Positions 10,564 to 20,759 of a stretch of 64,000 nucleotides of DNA are shown here, in pieces. Below the pieces are notes generated by a model. The model ran no database searches. It was not told the origin of the DNA and saw only the letters and a program-made list of their open reading frames with translations. The DNA comes from Marsupella aquatica (Eukaryota > Plantae > Marchantiophyta): assembly GCA_973895155.1 (NCBI GenBank), contig OZ316892.1, positions 16,730,357 to 16,794,356 on the forward strand. The letters run 5' to 3'. Each line of letters starts with the position of its first letter. The stretch's first letter is position 1. Both the position numbers and the translations under genes were made by a program.

Positions 10564-13500
10564 CTACAGGAAAAAATTCAGTGGACGTCAGACTCGGAAT
10601 TATGGTGATACCGGGGGGGGGGGTAATAGGCATATTAGTTTTGAAACTTGGACAAGCAATATTCCCTCGCTACAGCCTGAGGGGTAATAGGCATATTAGT
10701 TTTGAAACTTGGACAAGCAATAATTCGAGCTGTAGCCTTTAAGTAAAACCCAGAGACCGCATCATCCATATTCCCACGCTACAGCTCATAGCGCTGATGA
10801 CCAGGCTACCAACGGCACAAGTGGGTAGACGGCAAGCAAGGACAAACTTAAAAGTAGAGGAAAGAGACTTCGGCACCACGGAATTTCAGCATATCTTACC
10901 TGCTGCATGACCTGTGTAAAATCTGAATATGCTGTCTTCCTTCCATTCTCATCAAGAGTTTTTTCCCATGTCAAATCCTGTAAGGCACCTGATGTTGTTT
11001 CCAACAAGTCCAGCCCAGCTTGATTCGCAAACGTGAATTCGGGCAGCGACTGCAACAACAAAAACCAAAGGAAAGGAACGGGTCAGATACCAACCCATTC
11101 TGAACTTCTGCAGATTCATTGTTGATGCATCCCAGTTGACTTTCCTTTTAGACGTTAAAGCAGTCAGAGACTTCAACAGGTAAGGCCTACAATGTGTAGA
11201 CGACAATTTGAAATCACCGTCAATGTGCATGGAGCAAGTCTGTTTGGTACAAGTCACAAAAGGGATATGATATAGCCTCGCACAAACCTTGCAAGCGCAA
11301 CATACAATCGCATCAGTGTGGTGCCAGAATATCTTAAAAATTGCCTCACTGTTGGATGAGTCTGTCCTTACTAGCTCCCTGGTCAATTCGACGCCTAAAT
11401 AGTCCCTGAGAACACAGAAAGTAAAATATACATTGAGTAAAAAGTGCAAACACAGCACCGACAACGATAATCTTCCTCCTGAGAGAATTCCAACTCAAAC
11501 AATACGACATAGATTGACTTACGTGTAACTTTGTAAGACCCGTCGAGAAAGAATAAGGGCTTCCGGAGTGACAGGTGGTGGATGTCTTGGTCCTAAGTGT
11601 GAACCCAAACGAGAGGGAGCCAAAGCCATGGCAACTCGCTGAACAGATGCCACCACTGTTCGGACGTACTGGCGCGCCATGACCGCAACATTGTCTCTGG
11701 TATGCACCTCAAAAGCGAATTGAAAAGCAATTGTAAGCACGCTTCTTAGATGGCAAGTCGTCCCTACAGAATCACCAACAAGCCCTCGAGCCTCTGAACC
11801 TCCTTCCAAGGTCGATGTCAGATCTAGAGTGCGAGACAGACCATATCCATCCTGCAAGATGAGAGTTGAAGCAAGCTCAGTCACAGGGGCAAAAACGTAG
11901 CGAAGGAGATATGGGCCAAGTCCTTTATTAGCTAAAGCCTGTCACAGACGCACAAACGAGTCTGATCAATTTCATTGAAGAGGAAAAAAAACAGTTCCTC
12001 TGCGAAGTTAGCTGCTTACAACAATGCCACTGTCCAACGGAATGACTCGAAAGCCTGAAGGCAGAAGGGGAACATCATCGGAAACGGCTACATCCACAGG
12101 AGCGAACACTAGCTGTGCACATGCACCAACAGCATTTTCATCGACCCCGCTGCAAAGCTGCAGATCAAATCAAGGGAGCTTTTTAGTCGAGACAAAAATG
12201 AGGGCCACTATAATTCCAAGCCTTCAACATGGGCAGTGTTGTGTTTCTTAGTGGTCGGCAACATCCAAGAAGTGTAATGCTAGGGTAACTGGTCACAGGA
12301 AATAATGTACCATTGCGTAATCTTTTATCATAAAGTTACCCTTCCCTGAAGAATCACACTAAGGTAATTCTTGAAATGCCCTCTTACAAAAAGAATCCAA
12401 AATAAGTCGATCATTCTCCATTCGCACCGACATAAGCATTGTCCACTCATTATAATTAACACCCTACCTGTAACAGGAAGGTGTCTCTGCCCAGACCATT
12501 TACATCCTGCGCGGGGCTGTGTCCATCTAATTTCACCACCTCCAGAAACTGCTCCTCAAACATGACACGCACCCCAGACACTGGTTAGATTTGACCTTGC
12601 ATGAAAGGAAACATACAATTGTGAGCGACACTAGAAAACGAGAACAAAGACACTTGCAGCAACTTATTTCCACAAGTAGAAAATTGAACACACCTCTTCC
12701 TGCTCCACTGCATGGGCAAGGGGAAGGGGAAGCTGCCCACTGAAGATGCCACCTCTAGACTCAGAGCCGACATAATTGGATGTCCTCAATGCAGCAGCTG
12801 CGTCCGCATCAATATCACAGTCTGCCCATTCTGATCGATGCTCCCGTAAAAACCGTATCAGAAGAGCTGGGGGGACGTTCTGCAAGCATGAATAATGTCC
12901 ACGTCATACTACTCCTTTGCGTGGACGACACAATCCCGGTGACTCATATCCCAACACGTTCTTTCCAAATCAAAGCAAGTAGGCCGAAACCTGAACCTAT
13001 CTGCCTCAAACTTAACGCAAAGACCACACAGAAACTGATGTCCTTCGAGAGAAACTTACCTGAAGCAACATTGACGCCTTCGCACACAATATCCCCCCTC
13101 CAATGGAGCAAAGTCGGTCGGATGATGCCTGCTGCCCACCAAACTGCTTGGAATTTGGATTAGCATTAACCACAACAGTGACATCATCCATCCCATCACT
13201 AGGAAGAGCACTCCAGCCATCGTCTGTAAATCCATTGACAGCCTCGTTGAATCCCCTGCCATCCGAGCCATGTTTGTGGTACATCAGTAACGATGTCTCA
13301 CTTTGTTTCGATACCAGTTCTGTAGCTTATGACGCAGAGACCACATCGATAGCAGTAAGTAGTAGAGCATCACCTTGCAACACGCTGGCTGAGTGCTCGT
13401 AACACAGAAGGCTGCTGATCACCTCCTAATACAACTTCACCGGGAATTTCTTGAGCTAAACGGCGCAGATATCGCAAAGCCTGAAAATTAACAAAATACA

Positions 13501-16058
13501 CTCATGAAACCATAAACAATTAGGAAACAATTTCCAACGCTTCGCAGATGAGCTTGGTGAATTCCCTTCCGAATGTTGGAAGACACCAACAACAAAACAA
13601 ACCAAAACTAAGTGAAGGTAGATGTTTTTACCCCGATGGTCATCTTTTGGGCAAGAATTGCTGACGACTCATACAATGGCCTGAGCACCTCCGGTACACT
13701 CCAAGACTAGACAAACACCACCAAAATACATCAACACTTGAGTTCCAACCGCACCAATTGCAGTGACTAGACCATGTATGCTTCTCAAGAAGAGAGCCGG
13801 GATACATTCGTAAAACTGAACAAAAGGAGGGAGCGCAGTTGATTTTGTCCAAGTACCTCAAGGTCCATGTGGTCAACAATATGAATAACGCAGCCACCTC
13901 CTTCGCAGGGCCGAATCAAATACCCACTGGGCATGATATCTGCTCTTACAAAGTATTGTACAGGCGGCATAGTAGGACCCCCATGCGCGCCACTCAAAGA
14001 GCGCTCACATATCTGCGAAAAGGCGCGTGACAAGAGAGTGACATACATCAGGAACTTGAATCAGCCTAAGGTCTAAAAGGACTATACATGCAAAGGCGGA
14101 AATTCTCGGTACAAAGACACAATCGTACGTACCACAAGGCTACCGTCTTCCAGAAAGGAAGTGTATCGCAAGGTACAGAAGTCTCTTGGAGGGGCCAGTG
14201 TCGTCGGTGCGTACATCTGCATTTCACCGAAGGAGTGAGTTTGACCTCTTATGAAAGTGAGCTGCTTAACTCTACTAGAGATATACACCAGATACTTCGA
14301 ACACAACCCACTTGCAATATTAATGCGTCCGATACTTCCTATCCAAATTGACTTCATTGTAGGAGTTACTTGGCAAAACAACAAAAAGCACATGGTCTAT
14401 TCACGAACAACTAGAACCTTTTATATCCCGCATTGGATGAGGTCAGCTGAAAATCTTGTTGAAACCTCCAATTTCTGGAGATGACATAATTCAGCTTACC
14501 TGAGTGTACACGAGCTCGACGGTGCCACCATTTCCAGTAGGAAATGATCCAAGTATATCTAGACGACGACAATCCCGAAGCCAGGCTGGTCGATCTTTAA
14601 GTACTTCGGCAACCTGTTCACAAGCGCAGAAATTAAAATCCTAGTTGGCCGTACTGGAAGCAGAGGTCAATCCTAGCATTTACACAAGCTCAAGCATCCG
14701 CATTGGTAAAGGGTGGTACAAAAGAGAGCATCTGGAAGTCCGAGAAGTCTCTGTGGATTCTTGAAGGCCCATTAGGACGAACGTCCACAGTATTACGTTC
14801 TCATCAAGAACTGATTACCATAACGAGACACCAAAACGACCTAGGACAGCTTACAGGTATTGACTTGAGCCGGTGAAACGGAGTGCAGTGATCAAGAAAT
14901 CATCTTAAAAACTTACAACGACTTTGTGAATGGGAGGATGGTCTCACCTTTGTGGGTTCAAGACCCACGAGGCCACATGCTCGTGCAGCCACTCCAACAC
15001 AACCGTGTGCAATGGCTACAATTCCCAAGGGGTCCGGACCAGGCTGGTTGTTCGAAGATGGGTCAGTTGTGAGACATTAATACGAAGATCCAAAGTACAA
15101 ATGGTGTGGAAGAGACAGAGCAATCTAAAAATGGAGGAAACACAAATACGACAAAAACCGAACCAATCTTCATTATCCTCCTCGAAAACAGGACAACGAG
15201 ACGACAGCGTTTTCCGCCATTCTACTAAATACCAAAAACGGACAAACCGTCGTTTCCTCTCTTCATCTGGTTGGGCAGGGGACGAGGTTCACACGACAAA
15301 CCTACCTTCATCCCGGGCATCTGGATCCAGTCTATTGCTGTTCCCGTGGCCTTCGCCAGAAATTCTGTCAAGGTCTCTTCTGCAATAGCTAGTAATCTGC
15401 AATCCGACCGAAATCCAGATGTCAGATTGCTGCTGCCTGGCAGATTATTTTGGATCATAGCAGGATCCGGACGAAATCATAATACGAAAAACCGTGAGAA
15501 AAAATAAACAAAGAACGCACCCAGCAGGACTTGCATCACGCGGAGGATGCTGCGGTGTTGGATGTTGTTGTAGTCCACCAGTGACTACTGATTCAGAACT
15601 TGTGTCCGGCGTGGCCATCTGCATAGACACACGTATCAATCACTCCGTCATCACACGATACATACACAACCTTGGCTTGATTGCCTATGTATGAATTGAA
15701 AGCGGCCTCTAACGACTCCCTGTTACATGCACGATTTACTCATCGCTTTAGATACTTCGATTTTCAACCTCCATGCCACTGTGTCATCCCCCACTGCCCC
15801 CTCGCCCAGATTCGAGCAACCCACAGCTAAACTGTACATGATTAATCTCTCACGGCCCCAGCCTGACAAACCAACCGTTACGGCTAGAGTACATCAACAT
15901 GACAGATAACAACCGAACCTAGAAAGTAATAGTTATACACAGCTAGTGCTAGCGACGCATCGACCACCGCCAAGTTCCACTGAGATACTCCAAATCTCCT
16001 CCATGGTACTTTCTTACATTGCCTTCTAGATTCTTTAAATGCCTGCCCAGCGACCAGA

Positions 16059-16105
<47 letters not shown>

Positions 16106-17023
16106 AATCGTCGACAACACTCCAAAGTGAGTGAAAAGAACGAACCTGCTGCTCTTGCGAACGACGCGACGAAGGCTTCATGTTCCGATCAGGATTGCTG
16201 TGCTGACGAAGGTACTGGTTCTCAATCGCCAGCTGAGAGGTGTGCTTAGTAAGTCGCTCATTCTCCTCCATTAAAAGCTTATTCAGAGCCGTCAGTTTCG
16301 CGTTCACGCTCAAGAGCCGGGTAGCTTCTTTCCGTTGCTTCTCGCGGCATCTAAACACCACACCAAAAAAACTCGATTTCAACTAATACATCAACCAACT
16401 GAACTTGACATTCGCTACGAGCCAAACAGCGTGCTAGTAATCCATTCTGGCGAGCAGGAAGAAATGGTGGGCGCCGTTCAGTGTTCCGACTACGCAAGCT
16501 GCTCCGTTCTATCAATATTTACATCATAAGAATTCATACTATTGTCGGTCAAAGCTCCAGTCCTCGACCACCCCCAAAAGTACAGCATTCTCTCCATAGC
16601 AGAACCTTAAAGGTAACCCATGTACCTACTTCGGATGGCTAGCTGCGAGTTCTTGGTCACATCAGAAACCCTTGGCACCGACACGCACGCAGACCAGAAC
16701 GCTGTCGTCCACTATGAATCCCACTCCATAGGAAAGGCACCGACAGAAGAAATCACCACAGTGAGCGGAAGTCTGTTGAAGAATTGAATGGAGAAGCAAA
16801 CTTACCGTCGATTTTGAAACCAGACTTTGATCTGCTTCGGCTCGATATTCGCAAGAATGGGGCAGTCTTTGATCAGCTGCTGACGCCGTATGGAACTGGG
16901 CTTGGGACATTCATTGTAAACACGCTCGAGGGCTTCTACCTGTTCATTGGTGTAGCGCACATACTTGCCGGATGCATCCATGATGCTGGTCCTACTACTC
17001 TCCCTTTTCGAAGTCACTGCCAT
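10414..17023 (-). CDS. C3HDZ: Class III HD-Zip transcription factor (homeodomain, leucine zipper, START, HD-SAD, MEKHLA); 18 coding exons, 863 aa
   Basis: Join (minus) 17023-16806, 16350-16146, 15618-15521, 15396-15306, 15043-14948, 14613-14500, 14216-14133, 14012-13857, 13706-13632, 13480-13374, 13255-13060, 12879-12694, 12548-12468, 12157-12020, 11851-11523, 11405-11288, 11049-10900, 10563-10414 = 2592 nt. All introns are GT-AG with consistent phases. Signature motifs: GKYVRYTNEQVEALE, KQIKVWFQNRRCREKQRKE, WIQMPGMKPGPD, MYAPTTLAPPRDF, FTFANQAGLDLLETT, C-terminal AFMFMNWSF. Confidence 0.97.
10620..10722. repeat. Direct duplication (~42 bp, period 61) in C3HDZ intron 17
   Basis: GGGGTAATAGGCATATTAGTTTTGAAACTTGGACAAGCAATA at 10620 and 10681. 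Confidence 0.9.
10900..11049 (-). CDS. C3HDZ: C3HDZ exon 17 (MEKHLA domain)
   Basis: SLPEFTFANQAGLDLLETT...DFTQVMQQ; donor GTAAG. Confidence 0.95.
11288..11405 (-). CDS. C3HDZ: C3HDZ exon 16 (MEKHLA domain)
   Basis: DYLGVELTRE...FWHHTDAIVCCACK; donor GTTTG. Confidence 0.93.
11523..11851 (-). CDS. C3HDZ: C3HDZ exon 15
   Basis: DGYGLSRTLDL...RSVLTIAFQF...MARQYVRTVVASVQRVAMALAP...VLQSY; donor GTAAG. Confidence 0.95.
12020..12157 (-). CDS. C3HDZ: C3HDZ exon 14
   Basis: LCSGVDENAVGACAQLVFAPVD...LLPSGFRVIPLDSGIV; donor GTAAG. Confidence 0.93.
12468..12548 (-). CDS. C3HDZ: C3HDZ exon 13
   Basis: FLEVVKLDGHSPAQDVNGLGRDTFLLQ; donor GTAGG. Confidence 0.93.
12694..12879 (-). CDS. C3HDZ: C3HDZ exon 12
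   Basis: NVPPALLIRFLREHRSEWAD...LPLAHAVEQEE; donor GTGTG. Confidence 0.95.
13060..13255 (-). CDS. C3HDZ: C3HDZ exon 11
   Basis: GFNEAVNGFTDDGWS...GGGILCAKASMLLQ; donor GTAAG. Confidence 0.95.
13374..13480 (-). CDS. C3HDZ: C3HDZ exon 10
   Basis: ALRYLRRLAQEIPGEVVLGGDQQPSVLRALSQRVAR; donor GTGAT. Confidence 0.93.
13632..13706 (-). CDS. C3HDZ: C3HDZ exon 9
   Basis: SWSVPEVLRPLYESSAILAQKMTIG; donor GTAAA. Confidence 0.94.
13857..14012 (-). CDS. C3HDZ: C3HDZ exon 8
   Basis: ICERSLSG...PSGYLIRPCEGGGCVIHIVDHMDLE; donor GTACT. Confidence 0.95.
14133..14216 (-). CDS. C3HDZ: C3HDZ exon 7
   Basis: MYAPTTLAPPRDFCTLRYTSFLEDGSLV; donor GTACG. Confidence 0.95.
14500..14613 (-). CDS. C3HDZ: C3HDZ exon 6
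   Basis: VAEVLKDRPAWLRDCRRLDILGSFPTGNGGTVELVYTQ; donor GTAAG. Confidence 0.95.
14948..15043 (-). CDS. C3HDZ: C3HDZ exon 5 (3' half of miR165/166 site)
   Basis: PGPDPLGIVAIAHGCVGVAARACGLVGLEPTK; donor GTGAG. Confidence 0.95.
15034..15316 (-). promoter_or_regulatory. miR165/166 target site split by intron 4 (15316-15306 joined to 15043-15034)
   Basis: The spliced mRNA reads CCGGGAUGAAG|CCUGGUCCGG, near-complementary to miR166 (UCGGACCAGGCUUCAUUCCCC). This is the established position in land-plant C3HDZ genes. Confidence 0.92.
15306..15396 (-). CDS. C3HDZ: C3HDZ exon 4 (START domain; 5' half of miR165/166 site)
   Basis: LLAIAEETLTEFLAKATGTAIDWIQMPGMK; donor GTAGG. Confidence 0.95.
15521..15618 (-). 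CDS. C3HDZ: C3HDZ exon 3
   Basis: TGCAG acceptor; MATPDTSSESVVTGG...PPRDASPAG; donor GTGCG. Confidence 0.92.
16061..16103. repeat. (CT)n microsatellite in C3HDZ intron 2; reads (GA)n on the sense strand
   Basis: Pure CT run of 43 bp. Confidence 0.97.
16146..16350 (-). CDS. C3HDZ: C3HDZ exon 2 (leucine zipper)
   Basis: TTTAG acceptor; CREKQRKEATRLLSVNAKLTALNKLLMEENERL...SQEQQ; donor GTTCG. Confidence 0.92.
16806..17023 (-). CDS. C3HDZ: C3HDZ exon 1 (homeodomain)
   Basis: MAVTSKRESSRTSIMDASGKYVRY...WFQNR; donor GTAAG at 16805. The track's start at 17047 is a GTG; the first in-frame ATG is at 17023. Confidence 0.93.
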
Positions 17024-18800
17024 TCGCTTCTGTGCCTGCCGACCCACATTACGCCGCCACTCTGTTCATTCAACCCCGTATGAAACGATACCATGCCTCC
17101 TGCTTACATCTGTCTAGCAACCGAAGTGAATAATACTGTTCTATGATCAGAGTGTGAAGGTCGTTTCACCCGTGCCATTTGAAGTGCTGATAAGCAGTTC
17201 CCACTTTTCGGAAACCGAAGAGAAGTCACATGAAGTACATAAAGATATATCAGCAGCGCTACAACTCCAGTAACCTTGCTTGGCGTCTTATCTAGAAGGG
17301 TGCAACGATGCAATCTGTAGTGGATTCATTCCGTTCCAACAAACAAGCTGTACAAAACTCTGAAGCTCGCATGAAAATGCTGTTCCAAGAGGCATTGAGT
17401 TGCGAAGTCCGTCAATCATCCATGCTCACTCGCTCCATACAGATCAGAATGCCGGACGTAGTCGTCCATCTTGTGACGATGATTAGAGAGGGGAATGACC
17501 AAACAGTAGCAGTGGAACGCAAAACAAGTTTGCTTTGTCGTCGTCCCTCAAATTAACGTACAAGTCAACCAGACTCAGCTAGAAAAGCAAAGCTATTCTA
17601 TAGCGTGCTGCCTGGCTGCCTGGTTGGCAGAGCTAACAGCATTCAGCCAGTGACGTTGATGCAAAGAAGTAAAGAAAGTAGGGAGTAAGCTTGCGGCGAT
17701 CTTACGGTCGGACACAGGGACAAGCAGGTAGTGAGCGAGGCCACTCGAGAGCAAGAAAATGACATAGCAGGTGGGTTTCCTTCACTCACCCTGACACTGC
17801 GAAGGGAGGGGCAACCAGACACTTTGCCGCACCGGTGTTTTTATTGGTCAGGTGAGGGTATGAGGTCGAGAAATCACGGCAGCGAGCCACCCACAGAGAA
17901 AAACGAGAAAGTAAAATGACGGAGGCAACAAAGTAAGTTCATGAGGATTTAATTCTCAGCAGATGTGGATACAAGGCAAAAGGAAACTTACAAGGTTTAC
18001 TACTCCCTCCCTGCTTGCTTGCACTTCTCCATGATTAGCTACTCCTCCTGTGCTCCAGCACTCCTCACTCACTCGATCACTCATTCACAATCTATCAAAA
18101 CCCTCTTCCCCCTCTCTCTAGCTCTCGTCCAAACCCTTCCGACCCCCCTCCTCCTCCTCCCTCCCTTCACAACTCCGAGGCCGAAGTAGTTCATTCTCCT
18201 CTCGAGCTCCTCTCCTTCCCCATTTCCCACTTAGTGGTCCTTTCCTCTCCCTCCCCGTCTCAAGAGAATAATCAAGTGCGGCGAGGGACTGGAGGATTTG
18301 CGTAGCTCACACAGTGTATGGATCAACGGCCGGGGCCCAGAAGGTAGGACGGAATGAGGATATCAAGAGCACAGAGCATCGCAAATGCTGTACTGTACAG
18401 ACACACACCCTCTCACACGAGATCAATCAATTGGGTTTATTTACTGCTACTGCAGCGACGCAAATCCTCAGGACTCCGCTCGTTTGTTTCTCCTGCGGCA
18501 GCTAGAATGATGATGATGATCAGGAGGATCGGCAGCAGGAGCAGCAGCCAGCAACAACACCAACCTTGCCTGAGGACAACACCAACGCCCTCCTCCTCCT
18601 CCTCCGCCTTCTCCTCCCTTCTTCGCCCCCATTCTCATTCCCCCCCACCTCCTCCCCCAAAACTCGGGGCCGCACTTCACTCAAAACTCGGTTGCCTTGC
18701 CTTGCCTCGCCTCGCCTGCCCTCTCCTATCCCCTCTCCTCTCGCTCGCTTGCACATTACACTCATCACTGCCCACCCAGCATGGCCGCCTGCCTGCTCTC
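17024..18800 (-). other. Putative long C3HDZ 5' leader with an intron (predicted 17991-17062) and several uORFs
   Basis: GA-rich sense strand at 18000-18750, strong donor CTT|GTAAGT at 17991, acceptor AACAG| at 17062. The transcription start is not directly visible. Confidence 0.55.
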
Positions 18801-19200
18801 GGGCTGTCACTCTCTTTTCTCGGCCATAGCCATCCACATCCATCCGTCAGTTTCTTCCGCCCATCCACGCATCCGTTCTTCCTTCCGTCCCCAGGGCAGG
18901 GCAGGGCAGGGCAGGGCAGGGCGGGACGGGACGGGACGGGACTCGACGGGGCAGTAGTGTACAGTCGCAGTAGTGTCCATCCATCCTTTGGGTCGCGCGC
19001 GGGCAGGGCAGCTCCACTCCGCTCGGGCAACAAAAACGTCCCAAACGGACCCGTCGGCTCTTGCGCACGGACCAACGTGGCCCACCCGTCCATCCATTTC
19101 CAAAGCCGTAGCGAAAACGTCCGTACAGTCGTATCAGCCGTACTAACAAGGCAAACAAAAAATGACCTGACGGCAGTCCACCGACAGTGGGCTTAACACT
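18690..19200. promoter_or_regulatory. CpG-rich proximal promoter region of C3HDZ with (GCCTC/GCCTT)n, (GGGCA)n and (GGGAC)n pentamer runs
   Basis: GC/CpG-rich block just upstream of the leader, with pentamer runs at ~18694-18720 and ~18893-18942. It switches abruptly to CpG-poor TE debris after ~19250. Confidence 0.55.
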
Positions 19201-20000
19201 ATCCAAATTAGATTCATACGGGTTGAAACGCAGGATAACCCATCGCTCCAACTGGGATTTTATTTTGAGAGATATAACTCCTGGAATGATCATCCATTTA
19301 CAAGCACTACCCTAACTACCCCTTCAAAGAACGTAAATATAGATGAACACAGAAAAATCTTGCAAGAAAAATTCCCTTATTATTGACTTCATTTATAATT
19401 TATTCCATTTCTGTAACTCCTTCTCCTCTTTTACTCTCCATTTTCTCCTCTAGAATTTGCTGTCATCCCTGAACACTCCTTGCATCTTTAACACTTGGCA
19501 TTTGTTGAATTGCACTGGTTGTCCAGTTCAAGAATTTGATTTCTGATAATATCAGAGTTTGATTCAACTCAACTCACCCCATTTGCCTAGTTGGAAATTT
19601 GTGAGAAATTAAATTCAACTTCATACAATTCCACTCCATTCCATTTAGCTCGACTCAGTTGGTTATTAGTTTAAACATCACTGTCCCTTGTCCCAATCTC
19701 CAAGTTGGGAATCCATCAAGTTTCAAATTCAGTACAACAACATTGATTCAGTCATTTTTTCAACCTCACCATCCCCTTTCCCTGATTGTCTAAGTGAGTG
19801 TCTGCAAGATTGATAACCTTGTTTTGAGCCGAACTCACTCCATTCTCGATGCATTGCCCATGATCTAAAAGTGCCAGATATGGCATGAAAACTGCCATCC
19901 AAACCCTGTTCTCCAACAATTCCAGCATCAAAGTCAAATGAGTTACATTTTTTAGGGTTAACTCAAGTCTTGGGTTAAATCCTAATTACATAGACTAAAT

Positions 20001-20303
20001 TGTCATTAGGGTTTTAATGGTGATTAGCCTCAAGTCTTGCATCTAGCATATAGAGGGGCTAGGGAGAGCTCTTGTTGGAGACTCGTGCTCATTGTTGAGG
20101 GAGCTAGCTAGGTGCTGGGAGGAGAGCTTGAACAAGGAGGCTTGGTGTGACCATGGTGGCCAAAGTTTAGTAAAGGCCCTTGCTTCCGTGGACGTAGCCC
20201 TGACAAAGGTGAACCACATACATCTTGTGTTGGCGTATGCATGTTTGATGGTTGTGCTCCTTGTTGTATCGTGCCAATTTCCCCAACCCATTTGGGCCAT
20301 TAC
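20001..20303 (+). mobile_element. LTR retrotransposon solo-LTR-like remnant
   Basis: Contains CCGTGGACGTAGCC...GGTGAACCACATACATCTTGTG, typical of plant LTRs, and ends ...TTACCA. No PBS or TSD is clearly visible. Confidence 0.55.
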
Positions 20304-20759
20304 CAAATTATGGTTTCATTACTGGTTACATACACTCATAAATGTGATACATTTTTGGAATAAGTTAATTTTGTTGATTTGCTGAAATTACAAAAGTAAT
20401 GAAATTACAAAGTAAATAAAATAGTTAATGATTAAACATTTTCTTGGTCTTGCATTGTGTATTTTAGTTACTTTTACTTTTCTTTTTGTGGCACAGCATC
20501 CCAAAATTTGTGGCAAAAGTGACGCAAACACGATTGGGGGCGGTTATTTTGATTTGCAAAACTGAGTAGTCTTGTTTGTAACGGTTGCCGATGATGTGGC
20601 ACACTGTGGTGCCAATGATTTTGCAAGGGACTTCTCATGGGGATTCGTAATTATCCGACACAGAGTTACCATGTAGGGGTTTCCCTCTAGACCTAGGTCA
20701 TACAAATAGGTTTCTATCACTAATTATTATTCGCGAGAGAAATACTGAATGTCATTTTA

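Noticed and set aside
10509-17083. Plus-strand ORFs within the C3HDZ locus
   Set aside because: They are antisense shadows of exons with no independent motifs.
17062-17107. Donor GTAAGC at 17107 paired with the 17062 acceptor
   Set aside because: The intron would be only 46 nt, too short to be likely, so the donor at 17991 was preferred.
18354-19293. Long overlapping ORFs (280 aa on plus, several on minus)
   Set aside because: They are low-complexity translations of GC-rich leader/promoter repeats with no protein-like content.
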